A DNA stretch of 52,950 nucleotides, counting the filler, from Sphacelaria rigidula (taxonomy: Eukaryota): the NCBI GenBank assembly GCA_964200075.2. It is 3 parts of 3 records of this genome, joined end to end, with 100 filler letters (N's around TTAATTAATTAA, not from the genome) between each part and the next. Parts side by side here need not be neighbours in the genome. Positions count along the whole stretch, not along the records: positions 17,687 to 35,271 come from CAXNAA020001037.1; 2 more parts are not named here. The stretch is one strand, 5' to 3'. The notes under the pieces are model-generated. The model was not told where the DNA came from. It worked only from the letters and a program-made list of their open reading frames with translations, and made no database searches. Below, one piece after another: positions 21,655 to 33,424 of this stretch (its first letter is position 1; each line of letters starts with the position of its first letter). The translations under genes and the position numbers were made by a program.

Positions 21655-24600
21655 CAGCAATACTTGATGACGGTTGCAGGTTTACACGCTCAAGTCTCGA
21701 GTGACTGGTGAAAGCGTTGCCGTGGGTCTTTCACGGTGCGGTAGCGTGTAGAGAGTGGTCTGGCGAATATCGTCATTTTTCCGTTGGTCAGACGTACTGG
21801 TCGCAAGCTGGTAGTATAGGTAACACAGCGGCGGTGCTATCCCAGCCTAATGGTGGTCATTATATATTTTCGGAATGCTGCGATGGCTTTAATAGTGCAA
21901 TGAGGTTCCAAGACATCTGGCTTGACTTGGCTTGGATACACAACGTCACCGTCTCGTTACGCACGGGCAGGCGGCAGTGCCTTCGGATGCAAGTTTCAAA
22001 TGGTACTGCTGTGCTCTCTGCTTCGTGGCTTCTGCGCAAGTATCGCTCGTGTTCGCACACAAACTCTGCCAAGATTCGTGGGCCTCCGATGCACCTGCTC
22101 GACAGACCTCGACACTGCCTAAAGAGACTGTGCGAACTGATACTAGGAAATAGTGTGCGGAACGAATTCTATCTGCGAGCTACTCCGGACAACAACCTCT
22201 AGTTTCAACGACTAACTGCCAAGCTGGGCAAACCCGCCGATAGCCTTATCCCCCCGATGTTTCAATTTAGCGCAAAACAGCATTCGGCCAGGAGATCAAA
22301 CACGATCCACGTCAAAAACCGCGGTAAGATTCACTGGAATACGTAGGAGCCGTGAAAAGTCATAGATGAAGCCATCTGCTTTGTTTATCCACACAGCAAC
22401 ACCCCATTATCGCAAGCGCCCCACACATCCCTCGTCAGCCGAGATAATGTGATCAAACGAGCAAAAAGCACCAATTATGCCCCGCCATCCACAAGGTTTA
22501 CAGCGATTTTTTCAGCTGTACTGACCCACACACACGCAACATATACACATGAACACTCCGCTCGTACGCATGCAGAAGTCACCTTCCATACGGCTACGAT
22601 GCTAACCGCCGACACGGTAATAACGCAGAGCACGCTCAGCAAATCCGGTCCAAGAATCCGCCGCAGCGCCTCATCCACCTTCAGATCATCGAGGCGAAAT
22701 ACAACAGAGAGAGGAAACTTGAGCCGACGATCAGCGCAAGACAGCGACGAAAGTGTGACATGTGAGCAAGTCACGTGAGCCCATGACCCAGTGAAGGATA
22801 AGTGCAGACCAGTTTCGACTGCGATGTACTCTCAGCCGAGAGGCAAACAATGAAGAGGGCCCACCTTGTGGTCGCGCGAGGCCTGTTTGCCCACAATGCC
22901 GTTGTATGCCCAATGGCATGCAGCTTTCCGGACTGACCTGACTTACAATCCCCGGCGGCGCATCCTCGGGTTGAGTCCTAATAATTGCTGACGCGGCCGC
23001 TGCCTCCGCCGCTTTTTCACGCCGTCCCTGCGTGCATACGGCAGACAGACGTAACGGCATCACTACACAAAGCCATGGGTGCACTCAACAGTCGGTTACA
23101 ACATCAGGACAAATATGTCTGCTGCTGGGACTACAGCGTATGCATGTTGAAAATGTTCTTTGTACAGCATGGACGCCCACCATTTTTCTTTGACGCGAAA
23201 TGACACAGCCCAACGCATGATATATTTCCTTCCTGTATCACCTGATCAGCAAGAGGAGGAAACCGTGGAACACGGTTTGGGGCCCCTCGATCAGAGGACT
23301 TTGCGCCACTCGCGTGGCCCAATCGCTTCCCTTCGCCGGGTCGCAAATCCTCGGGCCAACCAGGTAGCGCTGTATGTGCACGTCGAGCAGCGTCGTGGAG
23401 ATTTCAGCGCAAGCGAGAGCCAACGGCCTACGTCAATGGGAAGCGGTGGAACTCATGTTACAAGAAAATCACCGAAAACAAACCCAAGTCGCCCACCGCA
23501 GAGACAACGCGTGTACTGCTACCTTGTCGATACCTCACGTTCCGGGATGTGCCATGTCGAACATGATGAAAGCGTACACCTCTCTGTTCCAAGATGCAGC
23601 ACGATCTCACTACTTGAACCAACAAACCCCACACATTACACCGCCGTTTCTCAGTGATTATGCATCTCTCACGTGCGCCGCCTACTGGAGTAGACACGGG
23701 CGAAACGCTTCCGCTCGTCCATGCTAACGGCCGCCCGGCACTTCTGCCTTGCACGCCCGCACCGTGCTCATCCATGGCCAAGAAAACGTCCACCTCTTGC
23801 GGACGAGGGTGTAACCCCGCCTGACCATGATCGGCAGTAGATTGGCGTGGGATGTAGCGTTTCAGTCGTGGCAGGTCGGGTGGCGTGCATCATTGGTGTA
23901 GGGGATGCTGGGAGCATCGATCGGTGCATGTTTGATAGAAAACTAACATCGATGTTGCTCTGCTTTGCAGAGGGCCGACGTTTCACCATTATCGCAGCTA
24001 GGCTTGAGGACGTGGCTGCGAAGGTGTACCTTGTGGCCGAGGTCGCACGAACAACAGAAATTCGGGACACACAATGCGAGCCCAGCTGACCTGCGCACTC
24101 TCTACGCAATACCCCCACCCCTCCAAGCTGACCTGAGAAACACGTCAAGTACACTACGAACTCGAGGCACGACTGGGAACCTTAGTCAAGCTGCAAGTAC
24201 CAACGAACTTGAGCTCACCACAAGGCGGAGAAACTCATCGAATCCTGTCCGTCGCCGTTCCTGAGGAAAAGACCCGGCAGTGAAGGACGATGATACGAGG
24301 CGGAGGATATCAAGTAATTGCAGGCTCAACATCAAGCACGAAGTCACAGCATCAGCACGCGGGTATGACCACGCAAACTACGAACGACGACCTCCAAAAT
24401 GCGGCACGACTACATCACACTGGCGGGGTTACACGTACGTGAAGGAGAGCACCTGTTGTGCTTGACCCATCAGAACGAGAGTTTACTTTTGAAGTACATA
24501 CGTCAGTCCGACAAGATTAATTACCTTGGTATGCTCCGAGAAAGTGTTGAACTTCGACTTGTTCGGGAATCTGAAGGAGCCGACCTCTTTGTGCATTTTT

Positions 24601-26095
24601 CGGAGAGACTGGGGAGAACAGGCAAGAACAGCAACGCAAAAAGATTGCACCAGCCGACGCAGTGAGTCGTACGGTGGCACAACACCCCTCAGGCGTGGTG
24701 GTATAGTCGCTTGTACAAGGTGTCCTTTGCCACGCTTGCTGGTCCACCGTGAAGCATCAATGAGCAGACTGGGGAGAAGCGTGCGAAGGACGCGACGGAA
24801 GTGCGATGTCACACATGTCGAGAGTACTAGGGCGTGCACGGCCGACAACACTGCCTACATGGAACATTAGCGAACGTCTCTTCTTGGCGCAAAGGCAGCA
24901 GCTGGTGTCCTTACATGCCGGAATTGGTCGAACTGCGAGTAGCGCTTACGCACGCTCCATTGGCGACCTCCAAAACGAATGACAATCTCGTAGGTTGTGT
25001 ACCTGCATTTAGTAAGAAATATATCGGCAGCGACACAGAACAGCATCGACGTGCCTCAACGCGGGAACAACGGGGTGGTTATATCTTAACTCACCATGCT
25101 TCGTGACCATGCGTATTACGGGGTGTCAGCGGAATGATGGCCAATCACGTCCGTAAACACTTTGCTGGAAGATACTGTTTGAACGAAGACACACTTAACC
25201 CCCCGGGTGCGTAGAGATTTATAACCCCCCAACTTGTGCTGACAAATGGAATAAAATCGTCGAAAATGTCAGGGGGTTGGTTGTCGACAGAATGCCCATC
25301 GGCGACAAGGGCCCCGTGTTCATCATGCATACATCAGGGGAGCATGACGGCATCTATGGGATTCTCGGTTGCTCGGCAGAATGCTGCATTTGCTGTGCTT
25401 TGTGACAAGCTACATAATCTTGAGGTGTGCCACACTGCTTCGCGACTTTGGGGTCCCCGATAAAACCACCAAGGATGTATTCTTCAAATTCTTCACGACT
25501 AAATATGACACCATGTCACCATGAGACCTCTCTGTACGTCTGTATGACGGGAGCACACAAGCCGCCGCACAACACCGACATAAATGTCGGCTGCAGGTCG
25601 TTTTCCACTGTAGTGTGCTATACCAATGCGGAGCACGAGATTTGATCGTTCAAGTTGCCTAGAGAATGCCCAGGCTTCTTTTGTGACGCACGAGATATTC
25701 TCGCCCGTGACGCATCTCTTCATGACTCACGACACGGCACGAACTGCACTGTAACGGGGTGGATCAACGCGCTCGAGTTGCTGATAATAAATGGATGGGC
25801 ACACGAAATTTACACGAACGATACCGGCGTCATTCGTTCCGTAAGGGAATATACGTTACTGGTACATACTTTATCGTGAATATCGCAACTTCGTGCGAGA
25901 GCAGAACCCCCGGCGAGCACAAACATGGATGTAGACTACGCGTCATTCAGACCATTCTCGGCGTGGATCTACGCTATGGCATGCACTTGTGCAACATGCC
26001 GCGTTTTCAACACAATGACAGGTACGGCAGCCCTCGACGTTGACCCTCTTAGACCCATACACCTTGAGAGGTAGCCCATAGGTGGCCCACTGCAT
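21023..26095 (-). CDS. PX (phox homology) domain protein with two C-terminal hydrophobic/transmembrane helices, about 260 aa
   Basis: Proposed exons: 26095-26063 (tentative start), 25780-25731, 25002-24915, 24608-24525, 24260-24219, 23820-23686, 23027-22947, 22678-22583, 21199-21023. All have GT/AG boundaries and splice in frame without stops. Peptide: ...VDPPRYSAVRAVSYTTYEIVIRFGGRQWSVRKRYSQFDQFRHSLRKMHKEVGSFRFPNKSKFNTFSEHTKERRRTGFDEFLRLVAGLHPRPQEVDVFL (PX consensus YT.Y.I, W.V.RRYS.F, FP.K, ERR..L..FL) ...LLSVLCVITVSAVSIVAVWKVGGKPGLATLVIAVSVGLFIQNW... The PX core exons are solid. The start exon and linker exon ends are less certain. Confidence 0.8.
21611..21660. repeat. (GCA)n microsatellite in the last intron of the PX gene
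   Basis: Directly visible. Confidence 0.95.
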
Positions 26096-26760
26096 GAGAT
26101 CAGTTTTTTTTCGCCGCGAGGTATACCTCAAGGCATCGGGGAAGTTCGTACGTTTGTATAGAATATCGTACAGAAGTATTCCCTTTTATTTCGGCCGTAA
26201 CCGGTTCGTTGTAGGGCGCTTGCTATCTTGGCTGGTATAGGGAAAATACGGCGCACGGCGTGCACGCAAATGTCACGGATATTCCAGCAAATGTTGAAGA
26301 CAGTGGCGGTGGTTGTATAAATGATGCTACGACGCTTTCGCCACTTGGCTGCAAGGTCTACTTTGCAAGATCTACTTTATGATGAAGGAAGTATTTACTT
26401 GCCAGTGACGAGAGAGTCAGCCAACTCGGGCAGCCACGAGGTGTAAGTCATACAGTCGACTACAAATAATTACTACTGAAGTCGCACTGCTCTGCACGAC
26501 CCGCCAGAGCTCACCAACCACCCCACAAAATCTACTGCTGCCTGCTGCTGCACTTGTATGTAGGATCTTCACACAGTACATCCCCACAACATACACGAGG
26601 TCATACCCTTGCACACAAGCTCGAGGCTGAACTGGCACCCGACAGCACGGATTGGGACGTGCATAAAAACGATATCTTCATTGTCGCTGTGGGCCTGCAG
26701 GCCCATTAGTGCTCACTCTAGTAGCAAGTAAAGGGCCCATCTGTGCGTGATTCCGATTCA

Positions 26761-27524
26761 GTATGCCTCCCATGCCCCTCAAACACCCCAGAAGTAACCC
26801 CTCCAGACGACACAATATTTCGCGTGTTTGTCACCAGGAAAATGTACAAAAACAAATCGCTGAACTGGAAGAGTTACCCCCCTTGAAGCACCCACCAGTC
26901 TGTAGGTCGCCTTTTTACCGCAATTTCTCGCCGGGGGTTCAGAATACTTGTATTTGGTTGAGATACAGCGCCTACATGTAGAATCTCTTGACATGCGTAT
27001 GCCGCGGCTTGCCGCCTCAGGGCAGCGATTTTCCCAACAGTACAGTGCAGTAGCCGTGATGGCGCCAACAGTTGGAGATGCAGGTGGTTTACGCGTACAG
27101 CTATTGCTCAACAGCTGACGGCATGGCGTTTTTTGGTGTGGAGCAAGTAGTGTCGGCGCGTGCGGACATGGTTGGGTGCTGTGTTTATCATGTACTTGAG
27201 GTATGCGGGAAAATTCGCCGCACCCCCTACTGCCAGCTGCGTAATATAGGACAAGTACCACGTGATCGATATGCACATCAGCAACTCGCAGCTACGATAG
27301 GAACTCCTGGAAGTATTCCTACCACCCACCGTACTGTATTGTGCTGTTTGTACTGTACACTCCACACAGTGCGGTGGGTTGCCAACCTCGTATGAACCGC
27401 ACTATTGTACGACCCGGCACTGCGCTAGGGTGGGACGTACACTGTATTGTTGCTACTGTACGGTACTGACTATCGCCATAATCCATGGTACCTGAGGGGT
27501 ACCGCCATCTCAAAACAGGGATAT

Positions 27525-27584
<60 letters not shown>

Positions 27585-28290
27585 TCCCCCCCCCCCGTCC
27601 CCCCCCACCACGCCCCCCCCCAAACGTGCCCTGTGATNNNNNNNNNNGCGGGGGCCTGACTACCGCCAAACCCCATGTTCCCGGGGGGGCCCCCCCCCCC
27701 AAAACAAGGGATTCCCCCCCCCCCCCCCCCGCCCCCTTCTCCTCAGCCCCGCCCATCATACATGAGGTTTTCCTCAACTTCGAGGGGCGTAATGCACAGC
27801 CTGCAGTTAGTAGGGCTCCTTTATGAGGCTAATGAAATCGCTACCGACATGGCTGCGTGTGTGTAGTAAAATTTTACGCTGACACATACAACACGTCATT
27901 TTCTAGCATGGGCGTTTGGAGATTTTCCATTTCATTCCGTTCTGATCATTTTGTGCCTATACCATGACGGTGTTTTTCGTGTCGCAATTTGAATATTTGG
28001 AATTGGAAGAGTACAGAATCGGTCGTTTCGTTTCGCTGCTTCTGTTCCCCATAGCATCTCGTCTCACAAGCCACCACTATCCACACGGGAGTTCGTGGCG
28101 TTAAGAAGTGGGGTAGAGGGAGCGACCGCGGTCGGCTCTTGAGTTTGTGAACATGTTGACGATAGAATGCCTCGTAGTCCCGCCCGCTCAAGCATGTCAC
28201 GTAAAAGATCGGTGCAATTTTATTGGTGAAGCCAAGTCTTGCATAGTTAAACACATCAACAATCAGCTCACGGGGAGCACCGCGCAACGA
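26761..28290 (-). pseudogene. Possible decayed Ulp1-like peptidase plus chromodomain-like remnant (transposon-associated?)
   Basis: Broken frames: IAPIFYVTCLSG..., TPLLNATNS(R)/WIVVAC across a frameshift (compare IPIN...HW.LVV), SSYRSCELLMCI (compare N..DCG.F.C), and KYCVVWRGYF..*GAWE (compare YLVKWKGY...TWE). Motif resemblance by eye only. Confidence 0.25.
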
Positions 28291-30459
28291 GCCGCGCGAA
28301 ACTGATCGTTGTGGCCGTCGAGATCTGCTCCATCGAGAATTGGGTGTCCTTGAGCTGCGGGCGAGCGTAAGGTCGCTGTTGTCAGGTAGATGAAATGCTC
28401 CGGCGATGTGTGTCGTTGGGTCTGATTATGGATTCCCCCGTTCTCTCATGTCTATCCGTGTTATTCAGAATATTTTAATAGACAGTACAGTATGTGAAAT
28501 GCAACAAAATCTGAGAGATCATACGTACGGGAGGATTTGAAAAAAAATCGCAATCCAATCTACTTTCATGCATAACGTGAAGACATGTATGTCACACCGA
28601 TTTCGTCAACGTTTTTGGACCAGATTTCCGATTATAGGTCACCGTAGGCGACCCCACTAACCTCACCCCACGCTGTATTGCATGGTGACATGGGTGATGC
28701 TGGTGTGCCTGTGGTAGGTGTGCTTCCGCCTCAAACCTTCAAACCTCCAACAAGTGCACTTCACGAGAGCAACTGTGTGGTGTTTGTTCTTCTATGGAAA
28801 CGTTCACGGACTGTAACTCATCCTGGTAATGACGGCATGTTTCAACGGTTTCCCGCCACTTATGGAACTTTGTTCAGCGCCAACTTCGTCTCATAACACT
28901 ATACTGTCCGATTCTACGACAGCGAAGGCCACCCTACCAACCCCAGGCTGTCGTGTGTGACATGAGTGATGTATATTGAAAGTATTTGAAAGCACACACG
29001 GCGTGCTAAACCACCACCTTTCTGTGAATCTCCCGGGTAACGTATGTGGTCGTTCACGATGTGCGTGTGCACCAAGACTTCAACCGCTCCATATTGCCCC
29101 CCCTTGTTCGAAAAAACCCAGAACAACAAATAAAAGGACACCAAACCTGCACCCAAGAGAATTTGGGTGATTCGTCGAAGTTCCACATTGTGAGCGAAAA
29201 AGAAACGAATACAACTCACGGACAGAATTACATCCAGGGACAGGCTCTAGCATTGCACCCAGCTGCGGTTTTGTAGATGGAGTGGTATTTGGGGAAAATC
29301 TCGAGACTGTCTGCGTTTTACCGATCGTTACAAGTTTGGGTCGAAATGTCAAGGATTTACGCTCTGGATTTCACAGCATGCAGTATCACCCTGATGTTAA
29401 CCTACCATGATGTGTACTCGTATCTCCGTGAGTTTACGGCCTGTCCACCGTACTATAACCCAGTACAGGTTATTGTCCAGCATTGGGGGCGGGTACTTCA
29501 TGCGGCCCCGGCATACTCCGTAACTTGGGGCACTCGATACTCCACGTATCCTGAAATATCAAGTACTTTCGGCAGGGAGGGGGAAGAATATCTCTCAGCT
29601 ATTGCCACTCCCTTTTGGCTTCACAAAAATATGTAGACATTAGTAGGAAAACGTAAAGATATCCCAGTAACCTCTCCTGAGTGAGGAGTACTTATTGTGT
29701 TATCTTGATAGAACGCTGGTCGCCGGGTTTGATTCTACCCCACTATCATTTCTGGCCGACACCTTTGGGTCATAAATACATCAGAGCACCTCCGCGGTTC
29801 GGTGAAAATACGCTAGGCGAGAAGCACAACAAAGTAGCAGCGCTGATTACAGGCTTGACAAACCGGGGACGAAGTCGAGTGCACGAATTTTAAGGCTTGA
29901 CAGGTTGGACAGGCCCCGATAAAACCAACAAAGCAGTATGAAGGTGTTTACAACCAGCTGCATGAGCCGCAGGTGTCATGTACAGCGCATAGAAGACTGG
30001 CGGGGCGACCTGATATTTTCCCACAACCTTTAGGTTGCGACGTAGCCTTTAGGTGAACCCGACTATCAGCCACTGCAGCTCGATGTTCCTGACTCGCTGT
30101 CACTGTCAACTCGTACCGATCTCTCAAAACAGTGTATGAATACATCGTTGCCCTGAGTCCAGGACCTTACTTCCAACAAGTGAACAAACGTCATTTTCGG
30201 CAGCCTGTCCACGTCTGACACACGAATTACAAGCATTTGAAGTACCCGACCTCGCGTCGAATTCGGGGTTGAGATATTTTTGGGTGTGGTGAGTGACTGC
30301 GATATATACCATCCCCCGACTTCCGGCAGTCGTCACTTCTTGTATACTCGTGAATAATGAGTAGGTTGGAGGATTCAATAATCCAGGCACTCTGGGGGGC
30401 ACCTCCGTGATCGCCTAGGCCACTTTTTTTGCTAGACTTTCGGGTTCCACACACGCCAC

Positions 30460-30810
30460 GCCCCGGTGGTGTAAATTAGAATGGTCCGACTGTCACCAGT
30501 AGGGTAGAGAAAACGCAGGTTCGATTCCTGATGCGCTGGGTGTTTTCTTCCAAGTATCTGATTTCCACCGTCGAAAGCGTGAGTACGTGAGTGAACAAAA
30601 AGTAGTTGGCTGAGTTTGTTTGACGAGAGTTGATGCAGTGCGGGAGTGCTGATGGTCATGATCCAACCCGCGAGACCAAAATGTAAGGCGTGTACCAGCA
30701 AGAGATGGGCTGATCCCTTGAGACCACGGGCTCATCACGAGGAACGGGGAGGGTTTCATTGTGCGACAAATAATAAGTAAAATAAATAATTAAATAATGA
30801 CAAATTTAAT
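30460..30810 (+). mobile_element. tRNA-derived SINE, apparently full length
   Basis: Head GCCCCGGTGGTGTAAATTAG (A-box-like), GACTGTCAC (GTC anticodon-loop-like) and B box GGTTCGATTCC at 30518-30528. The 3' part is shared with 8262-8400 and 4320-4387. A/T-rich (AAT)n-like tail at 30768-30810. Confidence 0.6.
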
Positions 30811-32768
30811 ACACATAAAGCGTGTGCGATAGGTTCAACGGCGGTCTCCGTACTACAGTCCTGCTGCTGCTATTGCTTTTGCGGCTAGCTGGTGGTGGTT
30901 CGTCTGTGTATGTGTGCGTGTGAGCTGTGCTGTGGGTGTGCGTGCCGTGGCGTGCCCTGTTTGTGCACGGGTGGATTAAAAAATGGTGTTGGTTGGGCCG
31001 GCGGGTCTGCACAAATGCAATGTGGGACTGGTTCTAGTCTGCAGGCAGGTTCTCTCATTTGGCCTGCGCAGGCGTGTATTCGCCGACCGGTGGGGTGGAG
31101 GGCGGAAGCATACGAGAAAAGGGGGACGGTATGCTGCCAACCACCTCCCATGTACTTCCAAGCTGCCGAATACCCTCCCCCAAATGAAAGTACTTGGCAG
31201 AATATATCGACGATATCGAATACCGATATTAATATCAATATCGATACGTATCGACAAATGTCGGCTTGGAAACCGGCGATATCGATACGCCGTATCGACG
31301 ATATTTATCAAAACTACATCGAATATCAACATCCGATTTTCAATACTGCCGTCAGGGCCTTTTAAAAATGACGTTAGCCATTTGCGGCCGGGAAACAACT
31401 AATGTTACGTGACCGGTACCAATAGAAAGTCTACAACCTACCCCACCTAACGATACCTCTTGTTCTCCTGAACGGGATCAGAGGCACCCCGGGAGAGATA
31501 TTATTCTATCCTCCATCTAAGTACGCTGGCTGTCGCTAGCGTTATAGACCGCCGTCAGAGCTTGTTGTAAATACGATCGGCAACGTCACTAAACATACGA
31601 GCGGTCAATAGAAGGCATAGACCCTACTCGCTAATTTGATACCACCCTTCGCTCGCTTCCTCACGACGAGATGATAATATATCTTCCTCAAACACCCTTA
31701 CTCGGGGGGGAAGTTATTTGACGTGTTGGCCGTTTGAGAGCGGATTACATGATGTTTCTGAAGGCATGATGATATTCATAATCAAACCATGGACACCCTG
31801 GCCAGGAAAGCCAGGGGCACCATCGTTCGTTTGCAACAGGCTAAGACAGTGGACACCACCCCCAGGGGTAGTTACATTTCTACCCCTGGAAAAACATGGG
31901 CTCAAGCTTTCCATGAGATTTCACCGATGCGTTGAAGATAGTTCCTATTAAGTCCTACGTGTCAGGCACTAATTTTTCGACTCTTTCGGTCTTGGATATT
32001 GAAACCGCCGAAAAAAAGGGGGGCATTATTAGCCCGCAAGTTGGTCTAGATTCAAATGAATTGGGTGGGATCCGTCAGTCCAAGTGCCATAAAAAAAAAA
32101 AAACATTCGGCGCTTGCGAGGTCGGACTTTACACGATTCGGCCGCAAGGTTTCATCACCCCTTCATCCGATAGCGAATGCCAGAATGCAATCTGCGGGTT
32201 GCGCCTTCAATAACCTGTCTTGACTACCCCGAATTGGTAATTCCGAATGTTACACGACTCCTTTTTACTGAGAGGAGGCTTAATATCGCAAGAAGCACCT
32301 CGGACTCGCCCCCACCAAATTTTCCAGGCGGAAGATGTGTTTTTCTTGGTGTAGATCAGAATTGGGCCCGCCAGACGTGGGTCCGCGAGAGCTGGGCCTT
32401 GGCGACCGCGGAGGTGCCTTCCGGAGTTTTCAACGCTTCAGATGAACCAAAACTCTTGAAATCCAGACACCTGGACTATTGTACTCTGTCGCAAGCACTC
32501 TTGGATCATTCCAAACACCCGGCGAGAGAAAGAAGGGAAGGCATACTGGGATATGGGCACCTGGGCGGTAAATAATCCCAAACACGCGTGGTGTCACTTG
32601 AAGACGGTGGCTTCGAACCAAATTTGACCGCAAGCAATCAATCTTATGAGGGAGGGGGTCGCAGTCAAATGAAAGGGTTGTATTAATACCAAATTACACG
32701 GGCCAATGACAAAAGATAAGATCTCCATGCGTTACCAAATCGAACCTTAGAATACAACAGCCGATTAC

Positions 32769-33424
32769 CTTTGACCGTCCGCAGTCAGGTGCTCCTGGTG
32801 CGAAGGCACCGACAGCTCCAGCTCATCCTCCGCACCGTCGATAGCGCTCTCATCCAGTAATTCTCTCGTGGAATCTACCGCCTTGCCGAGCCCTCGCTTC
32901 TCGCCAGGAATTACAGAGGAATTTTGAGAAGAGATGTTGTACCCTCCCCCGTCTAAACGCGGGGCATCACCCAATGCCCGATTCCTGGGACGACTCGACT
33001 GTGATGACTGCTGCGGACTAGAGTTGTTGCCGTTAGCAGCAGCAATCGCTGTTTCTGGAGCTTGCCTTTGCGGTGACTCGGAGAGAGCCAGTGTGCCTGG
33101 ATGCGTGATGGAAGGGCGTTTATCATTTCTGGCTCCGGCAGGAGAAGGAGGGGTTGGCCTTGGGGACGGCGGATGCAGCGATGACTCCTGGCAGTGCTCA
33201 GGCAGTGCTGATATATTTACCGAAGAGTGAGGCAAAGCTACCCGAGAAGCTTCTGGTGCTGGGGCGGTCGCTCCGGCTGTTACTAGAGGCTGCTCCCTTA
33301 CCGGCGCGTGCACCTCAAGTTGCCGTTCAGGGGTGGACGTATCAGGCTTGGCGTCGTCCGCCGCATAATTCGCAGGGGATTCATCCGCCAGAGAATCGGG
33401 ATTACCACCAGTACCGCCTGACAT
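32769..33424 (-). CDS. Orphan Pro/Ser/Ala-rich open exon, about 218 aa, function unknown; may belong to a decayed gene
   Basis: Open frame within ORF 32765..33520. It is preceded by a pyrimidine tract with TCAG or ATG and ends at a canonical AAG|GTAATC donor. No in-frame intact partner exon was found. Confidence 0.35.

Noticed and set aside
23100-23620. Coding-looking frames (VYAFIMFDMAHPG; PLALACAEIS...; KEKWWASMLY) as KDZ transposase or extra PX exons
   Set aside because: No catalytic transposase motifs. Including them shifts the frame so the TM exons are not reached cleanly. Treated as intron unless RNA-seq shows alternative exons.
25095-25170. Strong donor CATG|GTGAGT upstream of the PX core exon
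   Set aside because: The required reading frame has an upstream stop with no intervening acceptor. The 25780-25731 exon fits phase and PX consensus better.
25499-26131. Cys-rich minus-strand ORFs resembling AWS/SET (CRTCHC...CCTSAC; IAHYSGK)
   Set aside because: No NHSC.PN or other SET core motif is present. The region is better explained as 5' exons and introns of the PX gene.
27525-27740. Poly-Pro/poly-Gly ORFs from C homopolymers (also 1-90 and 10730-10900)
   Set aside because: Low-quality homopolymer tracts, the 27.5 kb and 10.7 kb ones next to N gaps; not proteins.
28678-28896. Plus-strand PPQ...ESNCVVFVL as an Ulp1 catalytic-Cys motif
   Set aside because: It lies on the opposite strand to the other fragments and lacks the His motif. 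It shows how easily such matches arise by chance.
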